From: Rhynchopus sp. YZ270_cl-10
Taxonomy: Eukaryota
Assembly (NCBI GenBank): GCA_964035575.1
Contig: OZ037844.1
Location: forward strand, 62,001-126,000
Length of the DNA: 64,000 bases
Direction of reading: 5' to 3'
Shown: positions 46,831 to 57,491 of the stretch, piece after piece
How positions within the stretch are numbered: position 1 is the first letter of the stretch
Layout of the letters: each line of letters starts with the position of its first letter
Program-made: the position numbers and the translations under genes
The notes under the pieces: generated by a model
The model's database searches: none
What the model was told of the DNA's origin: nothing
What the model saw: only the letters and a program-made list of their open reading frames with translations

Positions 46831-47374
46831 TGTGTTATTTATGATTCCTTTGCGTTGAGTGCACTGGTGTGGAATGTTGGGCTTCAGGGTGCTGCCGGCG
46901 ACAGGTGGCCGGGAAAACACTGCATGAATACCCGATGGGTGTGGTCATGCTCACTATGGTACCCAAAACGCTTGGAAAACAAAAAAAGTGTATTTCCGAT
47001 TTTTTTTCGATGACTATTTTGAGTTTTTGATTTGCTTTTCTACTTTATTTTGGTGGATGTGAGATTTGATTTTATTAAACATATTCTTTAAGAGTTTCAG
47101 ACATTGTGTGCAGAGATCCCTAAACATATGAGTGTCTAATCTCAAATCGGGCATCGGCATACTGATCCTCACACACATGGGTGAGGATGAACAAAAACAA
47201 CCATTTCATATTTTTGAAAAATGAAAAACGAGAAAAGCCCTTGAAAGATGAAGCTGGCCTCTCGTGCACATCTTAAAAAATAAAACCCACAGCCTCGAAC
47301 TTTTCTACACAAATGATTTCATTGAACGCATCCCCTTTTTATGTTTCCCCCACCCCCGAAAACAATAAAGCAAT

Positions 47375-48242
47375 AAAAACAATAAAGACAAAAGGGAGAG
47401 GTTGTGGCGAAACGCACACACCCAAAAACAAGATCGCTATCTGGCCACCTCAGCTTGCTGATGATTTCACACCACCCCTCTTTCGACCGTTTTATCGATC
47501 GACTACTCCACCAGCGCGGCTTTTCCCTTAGTGTGCACGACCGAGCTTTCGCTCCCTCCCGATATTTCGGGACCGTCAGTAACACCCACACACGGACTGA
47601 CACCACCGATCTTTCGGTGCACCTGTTCTTATCCCTGTTTCAATCACTCGCGGATCGACTACGCAACCAGAGGCACTCCCGGCCTACGTTACGCATTACC
47701 AAAAAGCTAAAACAAAACCCCATCTACCTCACTGCCTCTCTCACAATGTCAAGGCATAGTTCCCCGAATGGCCCTTCGTAAGGCACTGCACCGCCGGCAG
47801 GTTGTCCACTTCAAGACAAGTGTCCAGTCCTGCTCCGCCAGACACACCCCACTCTCTGCTGCCCACAGCTCCTTCAGGAAGAGATGCATGTCCATCTCCT
47901 CGCTGGAAAGCAAGCCCTGTGCTGCCCACTCTTTAGATGCACGTCCGTCCACACAACAAACACGCCCCCCGCCCCTTCCTGTGCATCCAACGCACTGAGC
48001 TCCTTGATCTCCTTTGCAGCCGCACGCGGAATCACACCCTGTACATCCCTCGAGCGGCGTTCCTCGAAACCAAACTCATCGCCCCGAAGACGCTCGGCAA
48101 AAAATGCAGTTTCCTTCTTCATCACCGCTCCATCAAACGTCACGGTCAGCTCCGCCACACTGCACGGCGGATACACCACAGCCGTAAAACGCCAGGTTCC
48201 CCGTCCCCGGAAGGCGCCGTCGCAGACCCGCTCCCCAGATTC
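47375..48242 (-). mobile_element. YR-retrotransposon RNase H remnant, copy 4 (internal deletion)
   Basis: EMDMHLFLKELWAA and EVDNLPAVQCLTKGHSGNY are visible in ORFs 47749-47952 and 47741-47929. Confidence 0.7.
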
Positions 48243-48280
48243 GAACATAGAAAAGGAAGGCAGTGCTACTGTAGGGGTAC

Positions 48281-48336
48281 GGCCGTACCGTTAACCGCAA
48301 TAGGTCTCCTAGGCTAAAAGCCTCTGGCCGACAGAA

Positions 48337-48382
<46 letters not shown>

Positions 48383-48394
48383 AAAGGATTGGCT
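48281..48394 (+). pseudogene. Isolated LSU (28S) rRNA fragment
   Basis: CCGTACC..AACCGCA..AGGTCTCC.AGG..AA.AGCCTCTGG..GAACAATGTAGGTAAGGGAAGTCGGCAAA.TAGATCCGTAACTTCGGGAAAAGGATTGGCT is a conserved eukaryotic LSU core. No further rDNA follows. Confidence 0.92.
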
Positions 48395-48582
48395 TTTAGC
48401 ATTGCATGTCATCATACAATAATATCCGTAACCGACACTCAATCAGACGTTACCTTGACCTACAAGGGTTGAAGGGGCGTGTCGAAAAAGAAGGTTGGCG
48501 CTCTCTGTTGCTCTGGTTATGGTTACATGTTTAACCTTCCTCTGAAGACAGTTCATCAAATGTGGTCGACGCGTCCACAGCA

Positions 48583-49962
48583 TCATTCTTCTGCACCGTG
48601 CTTGAGGAGAACCTGCACCACATCTGCATGTTGTCTCTGCCTCGCATGGTGCAACGCAGTGTTCAAGTCCACAAGATAGCGCACAGTCGCGGTGTGTCCA
48701 TGCTGTGCCGCAAGCATAAGGCATGTTGTGCTCTCGTCGTCCACCGCACACACGTCCGCACCTGCTTTGACTAACATCTGTGCACTGTCGAGTTCCCCAA
48801 CCTGACAAGCCCAGTGAAGAGGTGTGCTTCCGAAGCTATTCTTTGCCTCAACATCTGCCCCTGCATCAATGAGCAGCTGCACCACATCTGAGTGATCCGG
48901 TGCGAGGTGAAGTGAAGTGTTGCCCCTGTCATTTGACTTATTTACATCCACCCCAGGCATGCACAGAAGAGTACGCACAGTCTCGGTGTGTCCATTGGCA
49001 GCCGCAAGGATAAGACACGTGCCTCTTGTGTTGTCTGTGACACACACATCCGCACCTGCTTTGACCAACACTTCCACAACACGGAGATTCCCTAACCCGC
49101 TCGCCACGAGGAGTGGCGAACGTCCGTCGTTGCATTTTGCCTCAACATCTGACCCTGCATCAATGAGCACCTCCACCACATCTGTACTCGAGTTCTCAGC
49201 TGCTGCGAGCAACGAGGTGTAGCCTTCCTTATCCTTGTGACTCAGGTCGACCTGCGGCAAACCAACAAGATAGCGCACAGTCTCGGTGTGTCCACAATTT
49301 GCAGCCATCGTAAGACATGTGTCTCCGTAGTTGTCTGTGACACAAACTCTTGCACCTGCTTCAACCAACATCTTCACAACTGCGAACTTGCCTGAAACGC
49401 TTGCCCTGAGCAGAGGTGAACGTCCAACCTCATCCTTTGTCTCGATGTCTGCCCCTGCATCAATGAGCACCTGACACACTGCAGGGTCCTCCCACATGGC
49501 TGGACAGGGACGAGGTGCATCATCTTCGCTGTCTGCCTCCTGCCCGTGTGGGACAAACGCAACGTTGCTGCAGACTGACTTCCAATGCTGCAAGAGGACC
49601 TCCGTGCACGCAGTGTGGTCTGCGTGGATGCACTCACTCAGCAGCATCCCGAAGCCCATCTGCGTTGTCTCAACATACGGAAGAAGCAGTGCGAGGCATT
49701 CATCGTGGTTCCCTCTGCATGCCTCGTGCACAGCATCGAAAGCAACCGTTTTGTTGTCTGTGTCTGGGATGAGCTTCTCAAGTCCCGCCCGCACGGCAGT
49801 CGTGTCGCCGTTCCTGGCAGCCTCCACCAAGACCTCGTCTGCAGAAAGCTCTCTTCTCTTTGGTGCCTTCTCGTCAGGTGTGCTGTCTGCGTGTTGCTCC
49901 TCCCTGAACTGCCTCCGTCCCTGACAACAACACAGAAGCCGCAAGGGTAGGGTCACATCCAT
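48583..49962 (-). CDS. Ankyrin-repeat paralog 6 (open, 459 aa, 3 modules, last repeat shortened)
   Basis: Continuous ORF with first ATG at 49962. Confidence 0.88.
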   Translation of the reverse strand: MDVTLPLRLLCCCQGRRQFREEQHADSTPDEKAPKRRELSADEVLVEAARNGDTTAVRAGLEKLIPDTDNKTVAFDAVHEACRGNHDECLALLLPYVETTQMGFGMLLSECIHADHTACTEVLLQHWKSVCSNVAFVPHGQEADSEDDAPRPCPAMWEDPAVCQVLIDAGADIETKDEVGRSPLLRASVSGKFAVVKMLVEAGARVCVTDNYGDTCLTMAANCGHTETVRYLVGLPQVDLSHKDKEGYTSLLAAAENSSTDVVEVLIDAGSDVEAKCNDGRSPLLVASGLGNLRVVEVLVKAGADVCVTDNTRGTCLILAAANGHTETVRTLLCMPGVDVNKSNDRGNTSLHLAPDHSDVVQLLIDAGADVEAKNSFGSTPLHWACQVGELDSAQMLVKAGADVCAVDDESTTCLMLAAQHGHTATVRYLVDLNTALHHARQRQHADVVQVLLKHGAEE

Positions 49963-51930
49963 TGTGTTATTTATGATTCCTTTGCGTTTAATGCACTGGT
50001 GTGGAATGTTGGGCTTCAGGGTGCTGCCGGTGAAAGGTGGCAGGGAAAACACTTGGTACCCAAAACGTATTTCCGCCTTTTTTTTCGATGACTATTTTGA
50101 GTTTTTGGTTTGCTTTTTTACTTTTATTTGGTGGATGTGAGATTTGATTTTACTAAACATATTCTTTGAGGTTCAGACATTGTGTGCAGAGGTGTCCCTA
50201 AACATATGAGTGTCTAATCTCAAATCGGGCATCGGCATACTGATCCTCACACACATGGGTGAGGATGAACGAAAAGAACCATTTCATTATTTTGAAAAAT
50301 AAAAAACGAGAAAAGCCCTTGAAAGATGAACCTGGCCTCTCGTGCACACATATCTAAAAAAAAACGAAAAAAGAAAAGAAAAAGTAAACAAGATGACCCC
50401 CAGCCTCTCGTGCTTTTAGTCATCTTACAAAAAAAAACTTTGGTTGTTAGCGCAGTGTGCCTATGGCGACGTCTGTACTAGGACAACGATCAAAGCTTTT
50501 GGGATACAAAACAAAGACTCATTTGTTTTTTATCATAGTCTTCGCATTGGCATTGGTGTTCTGTTGTCCATATCCTGCTAAAAAAAAACTGCGTTGAGTT
50601 GTGTGCGAAACTGTCTCATGCGTAAATGGCTTTTGTATTTCTGCCATAATTTCCCTTCCAATCTCAAATCAAAATTTGAAAAAGTAAAAACCCTGTAAAA
50701 AGCGGTGGTTAACCTCTGTAACTAGTTAGGCCCCATTTATGCTGTATGAAAACAGATAAATGCCTTTCGATTGGTCAAAAAGGGAGCTTGGGAAGGCAGT
50801 ACTAACGGACGCGGTGGACGCAAGACTTGAACACAAAAGACTTAAAAAAACTTTAAAAAAACAAAACAAAAACCGAATATGAAAGAGTCCAGGGAGGTTC
50901 ACGAAATGTGACAAACAAACTCGTGGAACACACACGCACACCTTTCGATAACCGTTTGAAACAGAAAAAATAGAAAACTGACTTCAGGATGCGCTAAATA
51001 AATAACGGGGGAAAAGATTTTCACTCCGCAAGCAGCAGGTTATATTTCCTTTTTCTTTTCTTCACTGACGTTGTTGGTTGTCTGAAAAATGGTAAATAAA
51101 ATCTGGCACGCACCGTCAGTTGTTTCTATTTCCTCTTCTTGCCAACAGAACTCAGTTACTTGGGTACTTTTTTTTAGAAAAATATGACTAATGGGCTAGG
51201 GGGGACTGTGAGGGAGACTCCGCAGAAAACAAACAAAAAACTTTACGATATAATTACATATTGGGATTTCGCTGCGCTTCAAAACAAAGCTTGGAAAGTG
51301 GAGATTGCACAAATGTGGCAACACAACCGAGGCAAACTGCACTACTCCAACAATTTATCAAAAAAAAGGAAGTAAAGACGATGAGAATGACAACCAAAAA
51401 CCCCACCAAGTGTGACTCCCACTCACACCTCTGGCGGGCGTACTTCGGTACGCACCTGTTAGGGCTGCCCTGAGTGATCTTCCCAGTAATAAGCGAATGT
51501 TGCCTGTAGTAAAAAGGTGAGCTCGGGACAGTCTTCTCGTGGCTTTAGTCGCCAAGAAAAGGAAAAACGAAAAATGAACTTCAAAAATGAGAATCGTTTT
51601 AACATTGATAAGAGAGGTCCGCTCGGGGTGCACCAAAAATGTGAAATTGAAACGTGCAGACACCTCCAAGGGTTGCAGCCAGCGGTGTCCCACCTCCACC
51701 CCCAAGAAAAATAGTGGATCTCAGCTTTTGGGGTGTCACTAATAACCAAAGTTTTCAAAATGAAATACCCCCCCCCCTTCTTTATTTATTCGTTGTTTGT
51801 TGTTTGTTGATCGCATCCATCCGGAAATACACTTTGACATATGAAAATGATGCAGACACAGGAGGACTGAAGCACGCTCACATTTATGTTTTTCGTTGTT
51901 TTCAACCCCCCAGAGACCGACGATTATCTA

Positions 51931-52019
51931 TCGTACTAATGTTCGACCGTAAAAAAGGTCGAACTTCCAGAAAAATCCTGAAAAGGTCGAACATTTTTTA
52001 CGGTCGAACATTAGTACGG
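51931..52019. mobile_element. Palindromic mini-MITE, same family as 2071-2151
   Basis: CGTACTAATGTTCGACCGTAAAAAA ... TTTTTTACGGTCGAACATTAGTACG is a 25-bp inverted repeat. Confidence 0.7.
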
Positions 52020-53210
52020 TCGATAATTTTTAAGTAAACGAATACGTATACATGTGTATCAGTAAGAAAGAGACACTTTCGCAAGATGCGCTCCACAACT
52101 TTATGGAAAAAGAAAAAAAAGAACAGTTTGTAGATGACACTAAATGTGTTACACATTTTCCGTTTACTATACCTATATAGGACCCTGGTATCACACACAA
52201 CAGCAAGACACACTTTCGCAAGACGCCCCACAACATTATGCAATAAGAAGAACAGTTTGTAGATGACCCTAAGCTGGCTAAGCCTCTCCCCTGTTTGACA
52301 GAGAATGAGAAAGAAGGGTGTCTTTGGGGAACTATGTATAAAGTATAATAAAGCGACCCCTTTTTTTCCGCTCTTTTCCACATCAACATCAGGATTGCCA
52401 ACAAAACGAAAACCATACAAAAAAAAAAGTTACAAAAAAAAAAAAAAAATGACTTGAAATACAAAAACCCCGCTTGTGATAGTGATAGTGGACCTTGGTG
52501 CCTGACGCGGTGCGCATGGGTGGACCCATGCAGTCCTACATCATTTCGTGGGGTTACTCTCAACGTATAACTGATTAAATAATCTCTTCCTTTCAACGAT
52601 ACTACAAAACAAAACATGGACCCAAAGGGGCGGGATAGGTACTCACAGTCCTGAGGCAAGGCAACACCCTTTTCTCTAAAAAAACACGAAAAGGATTTTT
52701 TTAACCACTAAAGGGAGTAGGGGGAGATACATGTATACAAAACGGAGGGGTGGGAGGAGAAGGGGAAAAGGGGAAAAAAAAGGGGGGTGAGTTTTTCCCC
52801 CTTCCCTTTTTTTGTCACTTCTAAAAATGGACAGTCATGGGTACCCCTTTTAAGCTGTCTGTGTGTTCTCAGACAACTTGCCATGGATGGGAAAACTGAC
52901 ATTTTTTTGTTTTTTGCTTTTTTGCTGTTGTTGGCACTTTTTTTCTACAATAAGGAATTTCGCAAACAATTTGTTTTTTTTTTTTGAAAAAGAAAACGAA
53001 AAAAAGTCAGAACAAAACATTGATCCTAAGCCTCTTTGCACACCGCCATTAACTAATACAATTTGTGCACTCATGCAAAGGGATCTTCTGGAGGTCAACC
53101 CACAACCCGGTGTCGAACAATCGAACGCAACTTCATTCCCCTTTCTCTTAGTACTGGTATCCGTATGCAGGCCTGATTAGAGATTTGCATTTTTTTTTAT
53201 TTTTTGAAAA

Positions 53211-55190
53211 CTAGTGTTTTTTTGTACTAGTGTAAACATACTGATACTGCCTTGGCGAGCGACTCCTTGCCAGCGGCGACGCCTGCCTCGGAGCGTGCCA
53301 CTGCGTCGTGTTGGTTTCCCTGTTGTAGTAGTACGGCACACCCTCTGCTGTGTAGTACGTCTGCCAGTGTCCACTGCCACTGCCACCACCACCGTGCCGC
53401 CCTTCCCCTTCCTGGATTTGTTGGAGCCTCTGCTTCAGCACAGCGTGACGCGAGGGGAGCGGTGCTGCTGTAGTGTGGTGTTGGTTCTGATGTGCCTCTG
53501 CACGCCATCTGTTCATCTCGTGGTAGTCAAAGCGCCGTGCCGCATCCCACCTACGGTCCCAGTCTGCGCTGTCGCGGCCGTGGTGCACAACGCACACCTC
53601 CTCCCAGCGCCGCTCCAGGTCCTTGTCGCGCTGCAGGCTCCGTTCGACCTCCTCCTGTACCCGTGCTGCGTGCTGTGGCAGGGCGGCAGGTGCGTACGCA
53701 GGGTACTGCGGCTGGGGTGGGTACGACGCAACAGCATAAGCATCGCCCCCGACGTCCTGGGGTGCGAAGTGCTGCTGTGGGGGGGAGGCGCTTCTGCGGG
53801 TGTAGGGCTGGTTGTCGTACACGGGGTTGGTGGTGGTGGGGTTGTTGGTGTTGTTGTTGTTGTTGTTGGCGGTGGTGTTGGTTTTGACGCGCTCAATCTC
53901 GGCAAGAATTCTCCGTCTTGCGCCCAAAGCATTGACCCCTATCTCCTTGAGGTCCTGCTCCGTCGACGCCAGTGCAGTGTCGTAATCAAAGTCTGCGTCT
54001 GCGAAGGCAGCTTCGTACTTCTCAAGGCCGATTCTGTGCAGCATGTCCGAGAGGGGACGGTCGGCACGCACAGCGCGGCTGCGGGGGAGGGGGCCACGCT
54101 CGACAGTTTCGATGAGGCCCGCCACCTCTAGCATCGCGTTTGCGGCAGGCTCGCGGTGGTGCTCCTGTGCCCACCTGCTCATGGGGCTGCGGCTTCTGCT
54201 GCGTCCCAGCTCGCGCAGTGCTGCACGTTCACGTGGACTTTGCGCAGAAAGCTCGGACATAATCGCACCCAGCTTCTCGCCTTCTTCGCTTTCAGACCGC
54301 CGTGAGTCGCCCAGCCCGCTCAGCTCTGCGATGAACGCCTGCACCGCACTGCCGGCCCTGTCGTCGTAGTCACTTTGGTGTGTGCGCCTTGGTGCGTCAC
54401 GCTCCCGGTCACGCCCCCTCTCCCTCTCCCTCTCGGGTGCCACAGGCGCAGCAGGGCTGCGTGGCGCACGCTCCTTCGGCTCCTTAACCTCTTTGGGTGT
54501 TGGTGGCGCTTTTTCTTCCACCTTCTCAACCTTCTCCTTTGCCTCTGGTGCAGGCGCTGGGGGTGCTGGCTGCGGGGTGGGGGCTGCAACGGGGGCTGCA
54601 GCCACGGGGGCTGCCACGGGAGCCGCTGGCACAGCTGGCGGGGCTGGAGGAGCTGCTGCTGGCGGGGGTGTTGGGGCTGCTACTGCTGCTGCTGGTACTG
54701 GTGCTGGCGCTGGCGCTGGTGGCGCAACTGGGGCTGGTGGAGGCACTGCAGCAGGAGCTGGCGGCGGCACTGCTTCAACAGGAGTTGCTGCTGCCGGTGG
54801 TGGTGGTGGTGGTGGAGCCTCAGGCTCCGGCTCCGGCTCAGGAGCTGCAGCCTTGGGAGGTGACGCAGCAGCCTTGCTAGCAGCTAGCTCCGCTGCAGGG
54901 TCGTTCGCAGGCGCACCCTTCTTCTTGACGTACAAAAAGCCTTTGTCCACCAGACCCTGCTTCTCAAACGAGACCTTTGGGTCCAGCTTCTCCTTCAGGT
55001 GTACACGCTTCGATACCTTCTCGTTCTCGGCCTTCTTGTTGTCCTGCACAGACCACAGGTCCGGAGTGCGGATCTTCGTCTTCTCCGCAATCCCCTTCAG
55101 GTATCCACTGATCGGCTTGTTGAGCACAACCGAACAGAGGAGCTTGTCCTTTGCATTGTTCGTGTCCGTCAGGAGCCTTATGATCGGCAT
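53211..55190 (-). CDS. Pro/Ala-rich scaffold with SAM and WW domains, about 659 aa
   Basis: SAM: LSDMLHRIGLEKYEAAFADADFD..TEQDLKEIGVNALGARRRIL. WW: WQTYYTAEGVPYYYNRETNTTQWHAP. Likely start MPIIRLL follows a pyrimidine tract. Confidence 0.88.
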   Translation of the reverse strand: MPIIRLLTDTNNAKDKLLCSVVLNKPISGYLKGIAEKTKIRTPDLWSVQDNKKAENEKVSKRVHLKEKLDPKVSFEKQGLVDKGFLYVKKKGAPANDPAAELAASKAAASPPKAAAPEPEPEPEAPPPPPPPAAATPVEAVPPPAPAAVPPPAPVAPPAPAPAPVPAAAVAAPTPPPAAAPPAPPAVPAAPVAAPVAAAPVAAPTPQPAPPAPAPEAKEKVEKVEEKAPPTPKEVKEPKERAPRSPAAPVAPERERERGRDRERDAPRRTHQSDYDDRAGSAVQAFIAELSGLGDSRRSESEEGEKLGAIMSELSAQSPRERAALRELGRSRSRSPMSRWAQEHHREPAANAMLEVAGLIETVERGPLPRSRAVRADRPLSDMLHRIGLEKYEAAFADADFDYDTALASTEQDLKEIGVNALGARRRILAEIERVKTNTTANNNNNNTNNPTTTNPVYDNQPYTRRSASPPQQHFAPQDVGGDAYAVASYPPQPQYPAYAPAALPQHAARVQEEVERSLQRDKDLERRWEEVCVVHHGRDSADWDRRWDAARRFDYHEMNRWRAEAHQNQHHTTAAPLPSRHAVLKQRLQQIQEGEGRHGGGGSGSGHWQTYYTAEGVPYYYNRETNTTQWHAPRQASPLARSRSPRQYQYVYTSTKKH

Positions 55191-55931
55191 GGCGACACGC
55201 ACCCCTGGTCGTAGGGTAGGGAGGAGGAGGGAGAAGAGGAGGAGGGCGAGGGCAGAGGAGATAAACCACGTGCCACAGGAACAAGAGAAATGAAGAGAGA
55301 TCAAGAACACATTGTCAGAGTCAGTAGGAGGACGACAATATGGGGGATATGTATCTGAAGTAGCACAACAGTTATCTGGATTGTGTCGTCACGCCCGAAA
55401 CTCATGAGAAGTTTGGAGGGCTCGTCCAGTCGGGAAGCTAATCGTAGACGAAGCACTGTACTGAATGTGAAAGCCCTGGCTTGTGCAGACAGGCGGATGA
55501 AGCATAAGAAAGGTTAAAAAAGGAGGCTTTTTTAGTGTTTACTACTCGTTTGGTAAAAATTAGTTCGGTCAAAAAAAGGTTTTTTGGGGTACAATATAAA
55601 AAATACAATTTTGGCATGTGTTGATACCATCTAAAAAAAATTGAGGGGAGCACTTATGGCCCTGCCCAAAAAACTTACTTTCGACATTTTCAAAAAAAAA
55701 TGGTACACGTACACAAAATAGAGAATCTCTGAGATATAAACCAAACGATGCATGCCCTCCTCTCGCACACACATCTTTCACTCTGCGGAACACACTGGAG
55801 TTTGAAGATGAGAGATGAGCTGTCTCTTCAGCTCTAGCGCAACAGACAGAGTGTGGCGGCTCTCCCATTGCATTGTCGCTTTGTTTTCGTTCTTACTTTA
55901 TTACGCATTTTTAAGTTCCGACACCTCTTCG

Positions 55932-57233
55932 TTAAGACATAATCGTCAGCGCCACACCCGCCGGGGCAAGAACCACAAAACGCCACTCATCGCACGGCGC
56001 AAAGGTTATTTCTGAGTCGGGCACTCTGAGCCACTCTGGCCCCTTCTCTGTGCATCCCTTCAGCTCTTTTGAGTTGTACACTCGCAGGATATAGGCAGAC
56101 ACACCCTTCGTTACCTCCATCACCACGGAGTAGTCTATACAGCCTACTACGGAGGTTGGGTACAGCGTGGTGCCTTCGTGCCGCCCGCACCACCCGAGAG
56201 CGGAAGGATTGCGTTTGTTAAGTAGCGTCGTCGGTGTGGGGCCTTTGAACAAACCGTACTGGATTTCAAGCCCCGCTTTGATCCCTACTGTCTTTACCTT
56301 CAGAACAGAGCGTTGATCTGAAGTCGAGGCGATGGTTTCTGACACAAAAATCGGGGTCAAAGACAATGGGGCCCCCTTCACCGCCTTCGCCACAGCCCGC
56401 ATCCCCCCTGCAGTGGTGAACAGCCTTGCCGGGTCTGCCACCCACCTCCACTGCCTGCTTTGTGGGTATTTCAGTTCGTGGGGTGGGACGGTGCTTGGTG
56501 CTCCGTCCCCTACTTCGCGCGGTGGGGTGACGTGAAAGGGTTCGTCCTCCTCTGCAGACTGTGCACTGCTGTATTCAAATGGGGCGCAGCTGTTCTCCAT
56601 GCCTTCAAGGAGGGATGCGGTGTCGTCGTCTTGCGTGAAGTACTCTTCCAGGCAGGGGGGTGCGACTTCCTTCGGTGCCGGGCAGCCAACAAGGTGGTCT
56701 TTGAGGTGAGGCGCTAGGCCATAGAAGTCGAGCTCGTTGAGGAGGATGGCGTACTGCTGCTCCCCGCCGTCGGGTTGCCAGAGACCGGTACGAAGCCAGT
56801 CGAGGATGGCGAGGAAGGGGCGTGGTGGGCGGTCGATGACGATGCGGTTGTGTGCATCGCGGGTGAGCGGGTAGCGGCCAGAGAGAAGCGCTGTGAAGAA
56901 GGTGTCGCTGTGCTTGAGGAGTGTCGTCGTGAAGGTGGTCACGGCAGTGCCGCCGACGTTGAGTTCGACGACAGTCGGAGGTGGGTCCCCCGCATAGACG
57001 GCCATGCGTGTCTTCTCGGCAGCAAGAACTGTCTCCTGGTTTGCCACTTCCTTCTCTCGCGCCGCGATGTCCGCCTCACGCGCCCCGAGGGTTGCGAGCA
57101 TCTCCTCAGCCTCTGCCGTGCGTGCCGCAAGCTGTACCCGTTCTGCCTGCAGAAGTGCGTTGCTCTCGCGAACCTGTGTCATGGCCTCCTCCAAGCCATG
57201 CAAACTGCTCTCAATATCGTTCGGTGGAGTCAT
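55932..57233 (-). CDS. Coiled-coil plus KCTD-type BTB/POZ protein, about 433 aa
   Basis: VVELNVGGTAVTTFTTTLLKHSDTFFTALLSGR..IDRPPRPFLAILDWLRTG..ELDFYGL. First ATG at 57233. Confidence 0.88.
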   Translation of the reverse strand: MTPPNDIESSLHGLEEAMTQVRESNALLQAERVQLAARTAEAEEMLATLGAREADIAAREKEVANQETVLAAEKTRMAVYAGDPPPTVVELNVGGTAVTTFTTTLLKHSDTFFTALLSGRYPLTRDAHNRIVIDRPPRPFLAILDWLRTGLWQPDGGEQQYAILLNELDFYGLAPHLKDHLVGCPAPKEVAPPCLEEYFTQDDDTASLLEGMENSCAPFEYSSAQSAEEDEPFHVTPPREVGDGAPSTVPPHELKYPQSRQWRWVADPARLFTTAGGMRAVAKAVKGAPLSLTPIFVSETIASTSDQRSVLKVKTVGIKAGLEIQYGLFKGPTPTTLLNKRNPSALGWCGRHEGTTLYPTSVVGCIDYSVVMEVTKGVSAYILRVYNSKELKGCTEKGPEWLRVPDSEITFAPCDEWRFVVLAPAGVALTIMS

Positions 57234-57491
57234 AGCAAATGTTTTGCTCTGGAGGGGGATATGGGAAGGGAAGGGGATTATTGTGGGGTGCAACAAAGGA
57301 AAATAGACAACAAAAGGCGGTAGTACTAGTAAAAAAAAAATGTGCGGTTTCAATTACCTTTCTTTATTTCTTGACTGCCACCAGGCGTCTCGTCGCACCT
57401 ACCCCATGGGTGCACCTTGTACCCCCTCTGACCGGGTGGGGTCCCTTCCTCTGAAGTCTGCCCACCAAATGTGGTCGACGCGTCCACAGCA

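Noticed and set aside
48281..48394. Functional rRNA gene
   Set aside because: Only about 0.1-0.15 kb is present, it is embedded in a duplicated spacer, and it is deleted in sister copies.
52068..52268. Diverged ~65-bp direct repeat pair
   Set aside because: It looks like an ordinary local duplication in intergenic DNA.
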